Shown here: piece after piece, positions 11,538 through 23,507 of the stretch | How positions within the stretch are numbered: the stretch's first letter is position 1 | Layout of the letters: every line of letters starts with the position of its first letter | Source: Raillietiella orientalis | Taxonomy: Eukaryota | Reading direction: 5' to 3' | NCBI GenBank assembly: GCA_036172245.1 | Contig: JAYWIR010000026.1 | Span: forward strand, 2,666,001-2,730,000 | DNA length: 64,000 bases | Made by a program: the position numbers and the translations under genes | Notes under the pieces: generated by a model | What the model saw: the letters and a program-made list of their open reading frames with translations, nothing else | Database searches by the model: none | What the model was told of the DNA's origin: nothing

Positions 11538-14091
11538 ATGGTCCTCTCGGCGCAGCGGTGGATTCTCGGAATCCTTCCACTATTGTATTTGGTATCTGAG
11601 ATTTCAATGATTTTGATGATTTGCGTTAAAATTTCTCCACGTCGTGCCCGGGATTTAGCGAGTCGCCTTCGGTAGAGTAGGCGGTCACTGTTGCCCGGGT
11701 TGGCTCTCTGATGAATTGACGCGTAAAGAAGGACATGGTCCACTGTTTCGCAGCATCGGTTTCAATCCAGCTATACGATTGAAGATGTTGGCTGCTGATT
11801 AAGATTTTTTTTTCCTCTCGTGATTCGAAGAGAAAGGCGAAAACACATATGAGCCGAGAATCTCCTTCTATAGAGCCCCATGCTCGAGTTTTCTTTCTTC
11901 CGTATTGGGTGCAGCGAAAAGTAGTGGCTGCCGCATAGGTTCTCACGGAGCTGCAGCCTTCTCCACGAGGACATCCCGTGGAACGAATAGTGCGGGATTC
12001 TATAGCTCTCGACCTTCGAGGCGTGGTTGCGTTTGCGTGCGTCGTGGAAGCACACGAGACACGCCGCTTCGTTGCTCCCGTAGGACCGGCTATTCTGGTG
12101 ACCCGATGACCCAAACCAGAGCAGCAAAGGGATTCCTGCATCCACCTGCTGAGGACGCGAGGAAAAGCTGTTCGTGTTTTAACGTCTGACCACCATTTGT
12201 GCTGCTTCACTCCTCGCCTAACGCCAGGCGATCCTCCCAGAGAAGGGCAGGGCGACCTGCTTTCCGAGTAACGTCCACGCAACCCTTTCTCGATTGACGA
12301 GAAACCCAACGCCTGGGTGGCAGGGTTTGTGTATTCGCCTTGTTCGTCCTCTGCTGAGAGCCACCTTAGTTGCTACGGAAAGCGATTCGTCACCTGGAGA
12401 TTCTAAGCGATCGTTTCCTCCCACCGTGCTGCGGCGTCTGCTGTAAGGCGAAAGAAGGAACGTTTTGTGGTGCTTTTGCAAAACGATGCGCAGGGCGATC
12501 CGCGGATATAGCACGGTGTCATTGATTTGCTGAGGAAGCACTGAATCCGTTCCCAGTACATAATGCCTCCGTTTGTACAGTGCCCTGCAGGCAATGAAGA
12601 TTTCGCCACAAAGCGGACTCTTTACTGAATTGCTTCGAGGAAATCGTGGTGGAAGACTGGAGGGTTCACCTCTTCGCTATGTAAAGGCAAAGTGTTCCAG
12701 GGTCGAGCCGATCAGGATGTAGCTGACCAGCGAATTCCTGACTTCGTGTTAGGCGACCAAAGCTGCACGCGCTTCATCGTGCCTGGCCAGGCCATTTTCC
12801 AAGATCGATTCATCGTCCAGAGTCTGACTGGAGACTGCACTCTTAGTGGCAAAGTCGGAGGAAGACTCGATACCGTTGTCTTCACCACTCCTAACTTCCC
12901 GAACAACTTTCCTGAGAACACATTTTGTTCTTTGGCTCTTCAGGTAATTAGCGGATTTGCAGCTGTGGACTATGCACGACTTCCAATTAGCCAAACGACA
13001 TCGGGGCATCTCCCGAGAACGTCTTCGGGAGGTTTGACAACCGTTTTGCACTGGGCGAAAATGGGAATCTGACTCTTGAGGACATCTTGCGCATGAGAGT
13101 GTAAGATCCGTATGTACCCATTTCGCGCCGCTGCGCGCACGCAGGATCGTGCTGGACTGCCGGCGCAGCGAAGACACGCACCTCATGCTGGCGCCAACGC
13201 CGTCTAACGGAGTGACTACCTTTCAGAGTCCAGGTTCAAGGAGATTTGCCGACGTTTCCCTTCGTGGAGCTGTTCCTACCCACGACGATCACCTTCCAGG
13301 GGGTTACACCCGCTGGTGGCTTCCAGCTCACATTGTGCATGGTGCCCAACGCATTCCAGGTTTCGTCCCGATTCCGCACGCAGACGAAAACGATCTCTCC
13401 TGCCCTGGTGAAGGATCTGGCGGTTCCACAGCAAATGCTTTCCTTCCTCGTACGGGTACGTGGTGAGCGCATTCGCTGACTGGACATGAGGTCACCTTGC
13501 CGGGTGTCCCTAGGCCGGAGATCCGCGCGCCCGTAGGGGCGCATCTTCCGTCGCGCACCTCCTCGCACCGGCGCGGTCATTTTGAGCTCAGATGAGGAAC
13601 AGCCCACAGGGTGTTCGCGCTTCCTGGGTTTCCAGTGACGAGTTGTCGGGTCGGTCTTCCTGCCGGAGGGAACCTCGTTGGTCCGCATGCGCGTTGCTGC
13701 GTGCCTGCGTGCTGAAACTCGCTCTACGAGTTGGCAGCGCCCGGGGACAGCGGGGTGGCTCTGCAGCGACGGACTTCCAGGATCCGATTTGAAGGATGGT
13801 GTGAGGGGCAATCATTTCTATTTGTAGCCGTCGACACTTTGCCGATTCGTCACCGTCACCTTGCTCAATGTAAACATTCTTGCCAACGAGAAGGTGTCGA
13901 TTGGTAAAAATGGGCAGAATCTTCCGCCCATCGACATCCAGACGATCGTCGGTCCAAAAACTACCGGCCTCACCGTGGTTTCCAATCAAGGTAAATCCTT
14001 GATGTTGTTCTACTACACGGATAACAACCAGCGAGGAATACAAGGAAGCTTCAGCGTCGAGTTCTCCTGCAGGAGCCGAGGTTCCTCTTAA
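11538..14091 (+). CDS. Secreted CUB-like domain protein, paralog B (multi-exon; possibly a pseudogene)
   Basis: ATG 11538 MVLSAQRWILGILPLLYL followed by a GT donor (signal-peptide-like, conserved in B, C, D). Exon RGHPVERIVRDSIALDLRGVVAF differs from C/D mostly at synonymous sites. CUB motifs FTTPNFPNNFPENTFCSL and LFYYTDNNQRGIQGSFSVEFSC. One donor reads GG (12130-12131) instead of GT. Confidence 0.7.
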
Positions 14092-15439
14092 GGATAGAAC
14101 TCAATAAACAGCTCCAGCGTTTTCATTTTATGGTAAAGCAGGGTTTATCTTTCAGTATCCTCTGCAGCATTCTCGTGCACGGTAGCAGCGCTGGTGTCCA
14201 GTGGTTATCGAGGAATGAGTCAGGAAGGAGGCTTTCGTGTTTTGTTTTTGCACCACGGATATTTTGAGGAAGGCAGCAGTGGACACCCATGGGTCCGGAT
14301 CTCATGGGGTTCTTCGTGTTACGTCCGACCCCTACTTTTCTGAGAGGGATGCTGGGCTTCAGGACTGATACCAGCGATTAAGTTCCCAGCCCATTTCTTT
14401 CGGCACCCACAGATAACGGAGCCATGCAAATGCGGCTCCGATTTTCCAAGGTGGTCAGCCTCTGCATTTCATGGCCCGTTGGCATTCGCCTGTGTCACTA
14501 GCAGCAGCTCAGTCTGCAACTCCTTGTGCTATCGTTGTCGAAATTTGGCCAAAGTGTGGTTCTTCCTAGGAATCTTTCGTAGAGACTGCTGCTTTTTTTC
14601 TTTCGCAGGTGTTCTGTGCAGCAGGCCCTCTTGTTACGTGACGATGATTTCCTGGAAGAGGAAAAGAAGGACATGACCGGTATGCATAGCCGGTTGAAGG
14701 ACTAATTTGAACGATGTTTCAGTGGTCTTTGTCCGCATTTTCCTTTTATTCATTTGTATTCCTCATATTCCCCACCCTTATTTCGCTCCGTAACTTTCAT
14801 GTTGCTTTTCGATTTCATCCCGGTGCACCGGAAGGAAAACCAAAGATCTCTACCTCTTTCCACGCGCTTTGTTTTTCTTTGCTGTTCCCGCTCCGAATTT
14901 CTCCTGTGCCGGCCTGTGTTCTGGTGGTCCCTCCATTTTATTTTTTGTAGTCGTCGGTCCTAGGAGCACCTAGGAACTTTGTTCATAGGTGAGACCCTTG
15001 GAATTTCCTATTCGATGGGTGTAGCATGAAGGATTCTATAATGGCTCTCTTCACTTTCAGCTGAATGGGAGATCAACGCATCCAACTTCAGCTTCTTTGG
15101 TACGTAGACCATGGACATCCTACTGACTTGACAACTGCATGTGCTCTTCTCGTTGCTCTTGCAAATGAGACGCGCGTCTGACATTCGCAGGGGCTCGCAA
15201 AACGAGCGGAGCGCGTCTCTCGTAGAAGGCGTTCCGCAGGATTTCGGTCTTCTTTTCTCCTCCTACACGTTCCCCTCCGTCGACTTATTCGACTGCAATG
15301 GCGAGGTTTCCGGTCTCCGGGAAGAGTCGGCGAAGTTTGCGGAAATTGGCAAAAATGTGACAGGGGTGTCGTCTCAAAGCTGGGGAGCCCAGTAACCCAG
15401 GCGTCTACGACCGAAGCGTCTTTTTGTAAATTTTTGTAG

Positions 15440-15813
15440 ATATCTACAGAAGGCACCAGGGAATGATGGATCTCTGCTTCCTCATCCTTCTGATGCTGGC
15501 AGTGATTGAGATGTAGTTTACGTCCGGAAGGAGTGGATAGTGCTGAAAGGCGCGGTCGAATCATCACGCGGTCGTTGACAGGATGTGGCAGTGCACTGCG
15601 AGACAGCAAAGAGCTCCCTGGAAAATGTGATTTCTGCTTGTTCATAAAGCGAGCTGTTGCCTCAGTTCTCTTGGCTTGGCACCTCCACTCCAAGGGCTCA
15701 GAAGAACGCCGTCTGAAGTCCGCGCTGCTTCCTGTCACTCGGGTGGCCACCGGAGGGCGGTGGAATGCAACGCTGATTAGATCGAGGACTCGACGTACGG
15801 GTCGGACACTCAT
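15440..15813 (-). CDS. Probable exon of an unknown gene convergent with the CUB-like gene (paralog at 53465-53820)
   Basis: About 120 codons stay open and alignable in both diverged copies (VAFHRPPVATR..RRRSSEP..LSTPS..DEEA..HSLVPSV); no recognisable domain. Confidence 0.35.
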
Positions 15814-16199
15814 ACTTTCGCGTTCGTAAGGACTTGGGGATGGTGGTGCTTTAAGCGTTTACGCCAGCTATCCTGACGGTGGTGTCCGCCCATTTGGGAG
15901 ATGTTTGCATTCGAGGGAAAAGAGCACCGCCCCTGGATAGAGTGTGGTGGAGCAAGTCAGAGAGCTTCCGGCACTTTGGACCTCCTCGCAAGCGGAGTCG
16001 CTTTTACTGGTCCCCTCCGTCTGCTAACATCCTGGCACGGGAGAATGCTTTTCCGTCGAGGGTTCTGAGCTGACGGGGCGGTTCAGGTCCTGCAATTTTT
16101 TTGATCTCGGGACGTTCTGCTCTGTGGAAGGATGTCCTGCGTGTCCATTGCTAGACTACAATCTTCACGGAATCCCTGCAGATCGTTAGAGGGAAGCAA

Positions 16200-17550
16200 G
16201 CGGAGTCCCGGGAATCCCGGAGGTTCAATTTCCAATCAAGGCCAGTCGCGGCTACCACCGGTGCCCTGCTCGGAGTCCTTGGGCTAACAGCGTCATCACG
16301 CGTAGGTGGAGTCCAAACCGCGACGCACGAGTTCTTGGTGTCGATGCTTCCCCGGGAGGGGTTCGAACCCTCGGCTTTCGGTACTACCGCAGGCACACGT
16401 ACGCGCGGACGCAAAGAGCGCCCGCACCGCGTGCGCACGGACTGGGGACAAGCCGTGGGTGTTCCAGTCGCAGGAGGATCGAATGTCTTCGGTACCATCC
16501 GGTGGATCCTTCTGCATTTCGGCGCATGTGGTGGCAAAGTCTGGCTTCCGCGTTCCCGGATCTTGAGTACGACATCTAACATTCTTGGTGCGTCGGTTCT
16601 GCGAAGGCTGTAGGTTTCTGCCACTGCAGCTCGTGGCATCCGCGTCGAGTTGGCCTATGGCGAAGCGGAGATCGGCGCTGCAAGCGATGGGGAGAAGTCA
16701 GCATAACCGGCTCCCAGCTGGAGGGGTGGTCTTACCTGGGTAAAGAAGAAGGGAGAGAAGAAGTCTTCTGCATCACACACAGTCTTCAGCAAAAGCGGGG
16801 CGCGCTCTCACCATGGCCACCCGTTTGGCTTCGGTCCTCTTACTTTTTCCTTCATCTTCTCTTCCTCTTCGCAGCTTAGTTCCTCGTCGAGCTCAGTAAC
16901 CCCTCCTCCTGGCTTCCAAAGTCGTGCATGAGCCTCCGTTTCTTACTGCCGTCGTCAGCGTTTGCCGTTATTGCTTTTCCACGTCCACTCTCGCGACAAA
17001 CGTGGTGTCCTAGGAGTGACCCTCTTTTTCTGGATTGGACAGATCATCCATCCGGGATCGACGGTTAAGATTCATGCTGCCGGAGATGGACCAACGCGTG
17101 ACTAAGGTCCGGAGAGCAAAAGGTTGATCTCTCCGTGAACAGAGTGATTGCGAGGAATAGAGGAAGTAAAAGGAAGGACTGAGAAGTAGACGGTGGACCG
17201 TCCTCGTGGAGTGGAGCACAATTTCTGAGGGTCCTCTTAAGAGGGGAGGTGCATCGGCATCGTGTTAGTCCGCTCAAGATCCTGCGGAACACCCCCCGTG
17301 CTTCTCAAGGTGCCGGTCGCAATCCTGCAAGGCACACCAAGGTCAGCAGTCACCGCAGACAAAAAGCCACCACACCGGTTCGCTCCCCTCATCCCAGGCA
17401 GCCGCGCCATTCCTTAAAAGTAACAAGTCTGATGGCGCAGCCATGGACAGAACAGCGCCGACATGCATCGGCCCGAACCCCAAAACAACACCCCGCAGAG
17501 GACGGAACTGGGGAGGAGGGGGACAATGAATAAATAAGTAGGGAGGAGAC
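16200..17550 (+). mobile_element. Decayed LINE ORF1 fragments (probably two)
   Basis: 16225-16570 is homologous to 6890-7240; basic WVKKKGEKK tract at ~16740; second knuckle-like stretch EHPPCFSRCRSQ at ~17290. Confidence 0.4.
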
Positions 17551-17599
17551 GGAGCGGACCGACTTCACGGAAGTTCACCTGATTTCTGAGGGGCCGCGT

Positions 17600-19520
17600 C
17601 GGACGGTGTCGGTTTTGTCTGCCCACGATAGCTCGGAGACTTCCCTGAGCCTCCCCTCCCTCCCCTGGAATGGGCCTTTCCATCCCTCGTCCCAGGCGCG
17701 AGGCGGTAGCGATTGCAAACAACGCCCCAGGATGTCGGCCGAGCCTCTTCCGCCATTTTGGCCGCCACCGTGGCTCGGCATAGTCAGCGAAGAGGCGACC
17801 GGTGTCAGCCTGAGGGCGTGGGCATATCTCTGAAAAGGTCCGTTGGGACCGCTCCCTGGAACCGAAGAATCTCGATGATGCGCTCCCATCCCTAGCGCAG
17901 CCACCCGCATTCCGGTGGTAGCATGCGCGGGGGTGTCGTCTCCACTATCCCGTAGTGGTGGAGTTTCTCACGTGCACTGCTTTCTCCCTCTGAAAAGTGG
18001 TGACGTCACTCGCTCCGGGGTGGGCTCCAGCAAGGTGGCGATCTGCCTGATACAGAGAAGGGAAACGGAGGAGCCTACTAGGAAGCACGGGAACTCCCAG
18101 TTTTCCCGGGGAGTTTCCAGAGATCCCGTCCGCCTCTGGAGAACCTTGAGCTCGGACTTTCGGAGTGGCCTCGTTGTCGAGGAGAGATGCCTTCCGCTGT
18201 CCAGCAGGCTCGGCGACCCCAGAGACACGGCAGGTCACTCTGCCCGTGCTGCAGTAGCATCCTCTTCCTTCCGATCCCAAGGATGGACGAACAGAGTTCT
18301 CAGGAGTCACACACCGAGGCCTGGGCAGCAGGCTGATACCGTGAGGAATCCCAGGAAGGGAAGTTTCCAGACGACTAATGGCGTTGCCCTTCAAGAAGGA
18401 TGGATTTTCTACAACGCTCGTTTACTCTACCAGCGACCCGGCGAAAAGGAGCCATCTGGAGAAGGGAAGGAGGCTGAACAAAAAGAGGGGGGAAAGAGGG
18501 GAGTAGACCAATAAAGAAATCGTGCGGATGCCTCTAGTGCTAAGATCGGCCGTTGATTGGAGAAAAAACGCTGACTCGCGGGTTGGTGGTGGATGGTGCC
18601 ACTCCACGCATTCTAGCTGCGAGGACTCCTTCAGTGGAGTAAACTTTCGAGCATGTCTCCCAGAGGCACTCGTGGTCCCTCCCCAGTGCTTGGACGAATC
18701 CGTGTTCCCGCTCTCCTGGAAGCAGTGGCGCTGCTCTTCTGCGCTGGGAATTCCAGTGCACCATCGTTTCCGCAGGGACGGCATCCCCGAACCGCTGTTC
18801 CTGGTCCTGGAGACCGCCACATCCGAGCTAGGTTCGTGACCGCGATCGCCCCTGATCGCGGTCAGGAACCTCTTTCGTGCGGAATGACTGTTACCCAAGA
18901 GGGTTGGTTGCAGCTACGGGATCAGAAGATGTTCTCAGTCAGCCGTAGGAGCGGCCGATGACCGTTCGGGGCCTTGTGGGCGCAGTCGGTTTGTTGGTAT
19001 CGCGCCCGCTGCGGCGGAACGTGGTCCATGCGTGTGCGCGGAATGAAAACGAGCCGTTCGCTGTGTTGTTTGGTACCTCGAAGACTGGGGAAAAGGGGAC
19101 GCTCTTCTCGGGGAACGAAACGAGGCATATGACGCGCTCCAGATGAACGGACGGGAGGAAGGGAGCTAGGAGGAATCTGTTCGAAATGACGGAAAATCAC
19201 TGCGACAGAGACTTCGCGGAAAGCCCTCCCGTTCTCTCGCAGACCTCCCCCCCTTCCCATTGTGCTGAGTCAGGTTCTGTGACTGTGCCTGTCCTTCAAG
19301 GAAAGGCGCTTGCGGAACCGTTCTCTCCACTGCTTTCCCTTGGAAGTATTCCTGGAGCTCGGAAGACGACCCGCCTAGAGGTGGCAACTGCGACACTGGA
19401 GGACTTCGCACGTCGTGAAGGGATGTCGGAAGGGAAAAAAGAGGTGGATGGACAAAGAGGATTTCTAATTCAGGCATTCGACCTTCGTTGCATGTCACAA
19501 CGTGACCCTCAGCACTCATC
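17600..19520 (-). mobile_element. Decayed LINE ORF2 (AP endonuclease to start of RT)
   Basis: Minus-strand motifs in the expected order: VVTCNEGRM (TWNVNGL-like), LCRSDF (GGDFN-like), RMDHV....NGHRPL (RIDY..SDH.P-like), QGSPEADGI (KSPGPDG-like). Confidence 0.5.
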
Positions 19521-19611
19521 AAATAAGGGCTCCTGACTGTCTCTACGGAGAAGACTTGTGCACTCCTGTTGTGAGCATCGGCGAGAGTGGGGGAGGGGGG
19601 ACGGGAAAAAC

Positions 19612-19617
19612 TTTATT
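19612..19617 (-). terminator. Polyadenylation signal AATAAA of the CobW-type gene
   Basis: tttatt on the plus strand, about 25 nt downstream of the predicted TGA at 19644-19642. Confidence 0.6.
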
Positions 19618-19641
19618 TACTGCCATCTCTGGTCGGCTTTT

Positions 19642-22600
19642 TCAGTCACTCAGGTCATCAAGATTCAAGATGTCGTCGAAATCCTATGATGAGGTGAAGT
19701 GAACCTGCTCTCCAAACGCCTTGAATGGCCATACTTTATCCAGCTCTTCAGACCACTGTGGGAAAGGATCCACGTAACCAAGCCAGGAGTGGCATCCTTT
19801 GGAAAATTCCTCCTCTGTCACAAGACAGGCATCCAACAGTTTGTCGATCAGCGCGTGGTCTATTCCTTCGCCTTTCGAGGATTGGGAAAATCAGGCGGAA
19901 GGGCATGCATGGGGCGCGTACCCAAGAATATGATTTCTTGTCTCCTGTCTCCTATAGTCGGATTGTCATCAAAATCGTTCAGGACCGTCGCTGTTTCCTT
20001 TCTGTCCAAGAGCCAGTCTTCTCTCGAAATTTCTGCGTACCACTGGCCGCCGTAACCCAGGTTCGAGATCCGACCTGGAGTCGTCGAGTTTTCGCAGGGA
20101 CCCGCCGCCGCCAACCAAGGGAGGAGGAGGAGGATGCCACCTACCTGCTTGGCACCAATCCACAATCAGGCGGTTCCTCGAAGCGATCCAAGCGAACCCT
20201 TTGCTCCTCACGATGAGACCTTCGCCGCACCCAAAGCACTCCTTTATTTGCGAGTTGAAGAGCCTTTCCGGGTGGAAAGGCCTCCTCCGGCTGTAGATGT
20301 AGCTGCTCGCTCGCAGGGTCTGAGCGTCGTCTCCTGAAACCGCAAGGCGTCGCTGCGTTCTGCGCCTGCGGCCGTCTTCGCGCGTGAGAAGGAACGAACG
20401 CCCCTGTGGGTTCGCATCTGCTCCCACCTCGCTGTTTGGCAAGGAATGGACGGGAGACGGTCTCCAGTTCGCCGAAGCGCCCCCCTTCCGCATTGCGGGA
20501 GTTCTTTGCGTTGCTTCAGCAGCGACGCACAGGATTCACGGCGTTCTGGAGCGCCCCGAAAGCGCCCCAGGGGAACAGGTGAGCACAAACCTTTCGGGTT
20601 CTGGAGCAGCCTGAGCCATGTGGCGTTGAGCATGCACGTCTGAAACTCGAACTCTCCGGTGTGCAACACTGCCTCTACGGGAATCTTCACACGCGCTGCC
20701 ATTAGTCATTGGGCACACGGGCGGACGCGCGCACGCCGCGCGGATCGAGCTGGCGCGCTTTCATCCCAGGCGCACGGAGCCGCCAAAGAGAGACGAGGGT
20801 GCCACTTTTCGTGCTCGCTGCTCCGGATCGCATCGCTGCCAGGGCAAGCGCTGCTTGCGAGTGATCCCGCCAACCATCTCCTACGTGTGGTCCGGGATCT
20901 ACTCCAGGGTGTGTATGTGTGCGTGCCGTCCTTGGACGACACCCACCATGATACCCCCCTTACCCACACTGAATGACGATGACGGCAGCGGATGCCGCGC
21001 GACTTTGCGACTAAGTCGCCCGCGTGGAGTTTCGCTCCAGGGAGAATGGGAAAGAGGCGCACAAGCAAACGCCCACCGCCCCTTTGGTGCCGAGCCCGCT
21101 CGACGGCTGGCACCAAACGACCGAGACCGACTTGCCTCACGCTGCAATTTCACTCCCTTGGCGAAGCACCGTTCAGCGCTTGGCAAACAACCTTCCCGAG
21201 ACATACCCAACCCATCAAGACACAGGCAGCAACAGCGTTAGGCTGGGTTCCTTCCTAACCTCGCAGACATGTCTTCTACCAGCACTTTCTACACGGCATC
21301 GGCTCTCCGCCTGGGGCTTTCACGGCCTCGGTTCAACGTTTCAGAGCCCCGAAAAGGTCCCGAAAGAAAGACGGATCAACTGAGCATAGAACTCTTATCA
21401 AGGACACCAGAGAAAGTCGGCAATGCAAGAATCCCCGTCAACGCCAGTCTGCAGGGCACGGACGAACCAATGAACCCGAGAGGATGCCCGCACCCCCTCG
21501 TCTTTCCATCGACAGCAAACCGCACATGAAGGGGGGAGAGGGGAACGGGCCAGTGTAGATGCGTCATCCCTGTGGTCTTCCTGCAGTCAGACCACAACCT
21601 GTTCGCTTCCCTTCCCTCTTTCAGCTCTTTTCGTAAAGCTGCGCTCAGATGCTTGCAGCAGCTGCGTCCGCATCTCCGTCTCCACAGCGACCCCAGCTCT
21701 CACGAACACTACGGAATCACACCGAAACGCACGCGCGCGATTCTTTCATTTCTCTTTGTTATCGCTAAGGTTCGCACTTTTTCTGGAGAAATCGGGGAGA
21801 CGGGACATTAGGATCACGAGGACACTGGGAAGTTCGGGCTGATATCGAAGCATCCGCTTTGGTAGCTGCACATCAATGGGTGAATCCCTGGCGAGAGCGC
21901 GGAGGTTGAACTTCAACGCATAGAGTCAAACGGTCATGAAGATCTGAATGCGGGAAGCTGCAGCACTTTCGTCACCCGCCGTCGGCTTCCCCAGTCTACC
22001 CATTCGACCTCCGGTAGGCATTTGCAATGCCGATGCAGAAAAGCCAGAGCTTTTCCGGATACTTTACGGGCTTCTCAGGTGCAGACCTAATAAGAGCGAC
22101 CCGTGTCTTAGACCCGAGAGCACGTTGCCCGTGACACCTGCTAGACTGATTCGCTTCCAGACTCTGATCCGACCTCTTTCATACCACCGCGAACCGATTT
22201 TTCCGAAACCGAGCGGACGCTAGCTTCGAGTTTCGCTGACCACTCCCGCCAGAGAACACAGTCACGCTCACAAAGGTGCAGATTCAAAATGGAGATTCAC
22301 CTGAGAGTGCACGGCACAGATGAGACGTGCCCGTGAATTGAGAAGAGACACAGTTTTCAATATTGTGGTCTTTTCCTCAGAAGAAACCTGGTCGATTTTA
22401 TTCAAGACGATGACGTTCGCGAATTCGATCTGCAAATGCAAAAGCAGAATCCAGATGACAGTGTCAACCCTCACCAAAGCTGCTGTTTGAGCATCAAAGA
22501 TTGCGCCTTGAGAAAGAAAAAAAAAAAACCGAAGAAGGAGAAAGGCCGGAGCGCGTCCTTGGAGGATATACGGGAACACTGAAGATCGAACAGAACGAGG

Positions 22601-23507
22601 TTCGATTTTCAACTCGCAGTCAGGAGGATGCTTTGCCCTCTCTGGAAGCAGCACGGTCTGTTCAAGAGTTGAGGCTAGTGGCCTTCGCGCCGTCACATGT
22701 TTCGACTGCAGGAGGCAGCTCTTCCATTTTGACACGCAGTTTCGCAGAAGGGTGAAGGCGGAGATAAAAGGCGGGAGACCCGCGGCTGCATTTCTCCGCG
22801 ACGGAATCTTTGAGATGAAAAGAACGAGATGGTGAACAAAATTGCCTGTTCTACTAAGACCGACACCACAGGCTGATCTTCCACGGTGCCGCAGTGGGAG
22901 TCTATTTCCTTCATTTTCTTCGTGGAATTGAAATGAAGCAGGAAGGTGGAGGCGTCGACCATCGTGACAAGCGTGTCCAAGCTGCACACAGAGGACAGCT
23001 GGTACGTTTCCATTCCTACGGGTCGGGAGTGAAAGGACGGCAGCGGAACGCACGCAAACCGAATACCTGGTATCCTGGAGGTGAAAGTGTCAGCAATTGC
23101 TATCGGCTGGCTGATCCCCGTTCCTTCGATGAACAGGTAATCGAATTTCTCCCTGGACACCAGTCCCTTGACTCCGTTCAAGAGGTCCACTCTTCGAGAG
23201 CAGCACACGCAGCCATTTTCGAGACTTATGATTTTGAGATTCCTCTTATTCTCATCCCTTATGTTTTTGTCCGGCGCTTGCGCTTCCGTGTTTAGTTCAG
23301 CAATGTTGTTGACGATGAAAGCCATCTTACAGCACGTGGTGCACTGATCTTGATTCTCATCGTTTCCGCTACCTTCATTTCCTGCTTTTCCTGCATGACG
23401 TGTTTCAGGAGAGTGGTTTTGCCAGACCCGAAGAATCCGCTCACGATGCAGACAGGAAGCTTCGGGTTTCTGCCTATGGCTTCTGCTTTCGACGACGAGG
23501 AATCCAT
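19642..23507 (-). CDS. COG0523/CobW-family G3E GTPase (zinc metallochaperone, YciC/ZigA-like) with CobW_C domain; 9 exons, 435 aa
   Basis: Hand-spliced exons 23507-23373, 23325-23067, 23015-22846, 22429-22301, 20684-20591, 20333-20145, 20074-19922, 19871-19735, 19683-19642 give one open frame of 1308 nt. Motifs: LPVCIVSGFFGSGKTTLL (Walker A), NGCVCC (CXCC), IEGTG (ExxG), EQ|IEFANVIVLNKID, RRPFHPERL, VRSKGFAW, GDRRQEIIFLG, LDACLVT, DPFPQW. Confidence 0.92.
20850..21650 (+). mobile_element. Possible decayed LINE fragment inside the 1.6-kb intron 4 of the CobW-type gene
   Basis: Intron 22300-20685 is far longer than the others; it contains VIPVVFLQSDHNL (~21560-21600), similar to the SDH motif ending LINE endonucleases. 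Weak evidence. Confidence 0.25.

Larger units (their letters stand above)
2718..14860 (+). repeat. Segmental duplication copy 1 (LINE block + F-box gene + CUB-like gene + flank), paralogous to about 40259-53350
   Basis: Near-identical sequence from actgctgcctggtg (2718 vs 40259) to about 8900 vs 46800, then visibly more diverged but colinear. Many ORFs in the track occur as near-identical pairs (e.g. 4008..4481 and 41914..42387). Confidence 0.95.
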
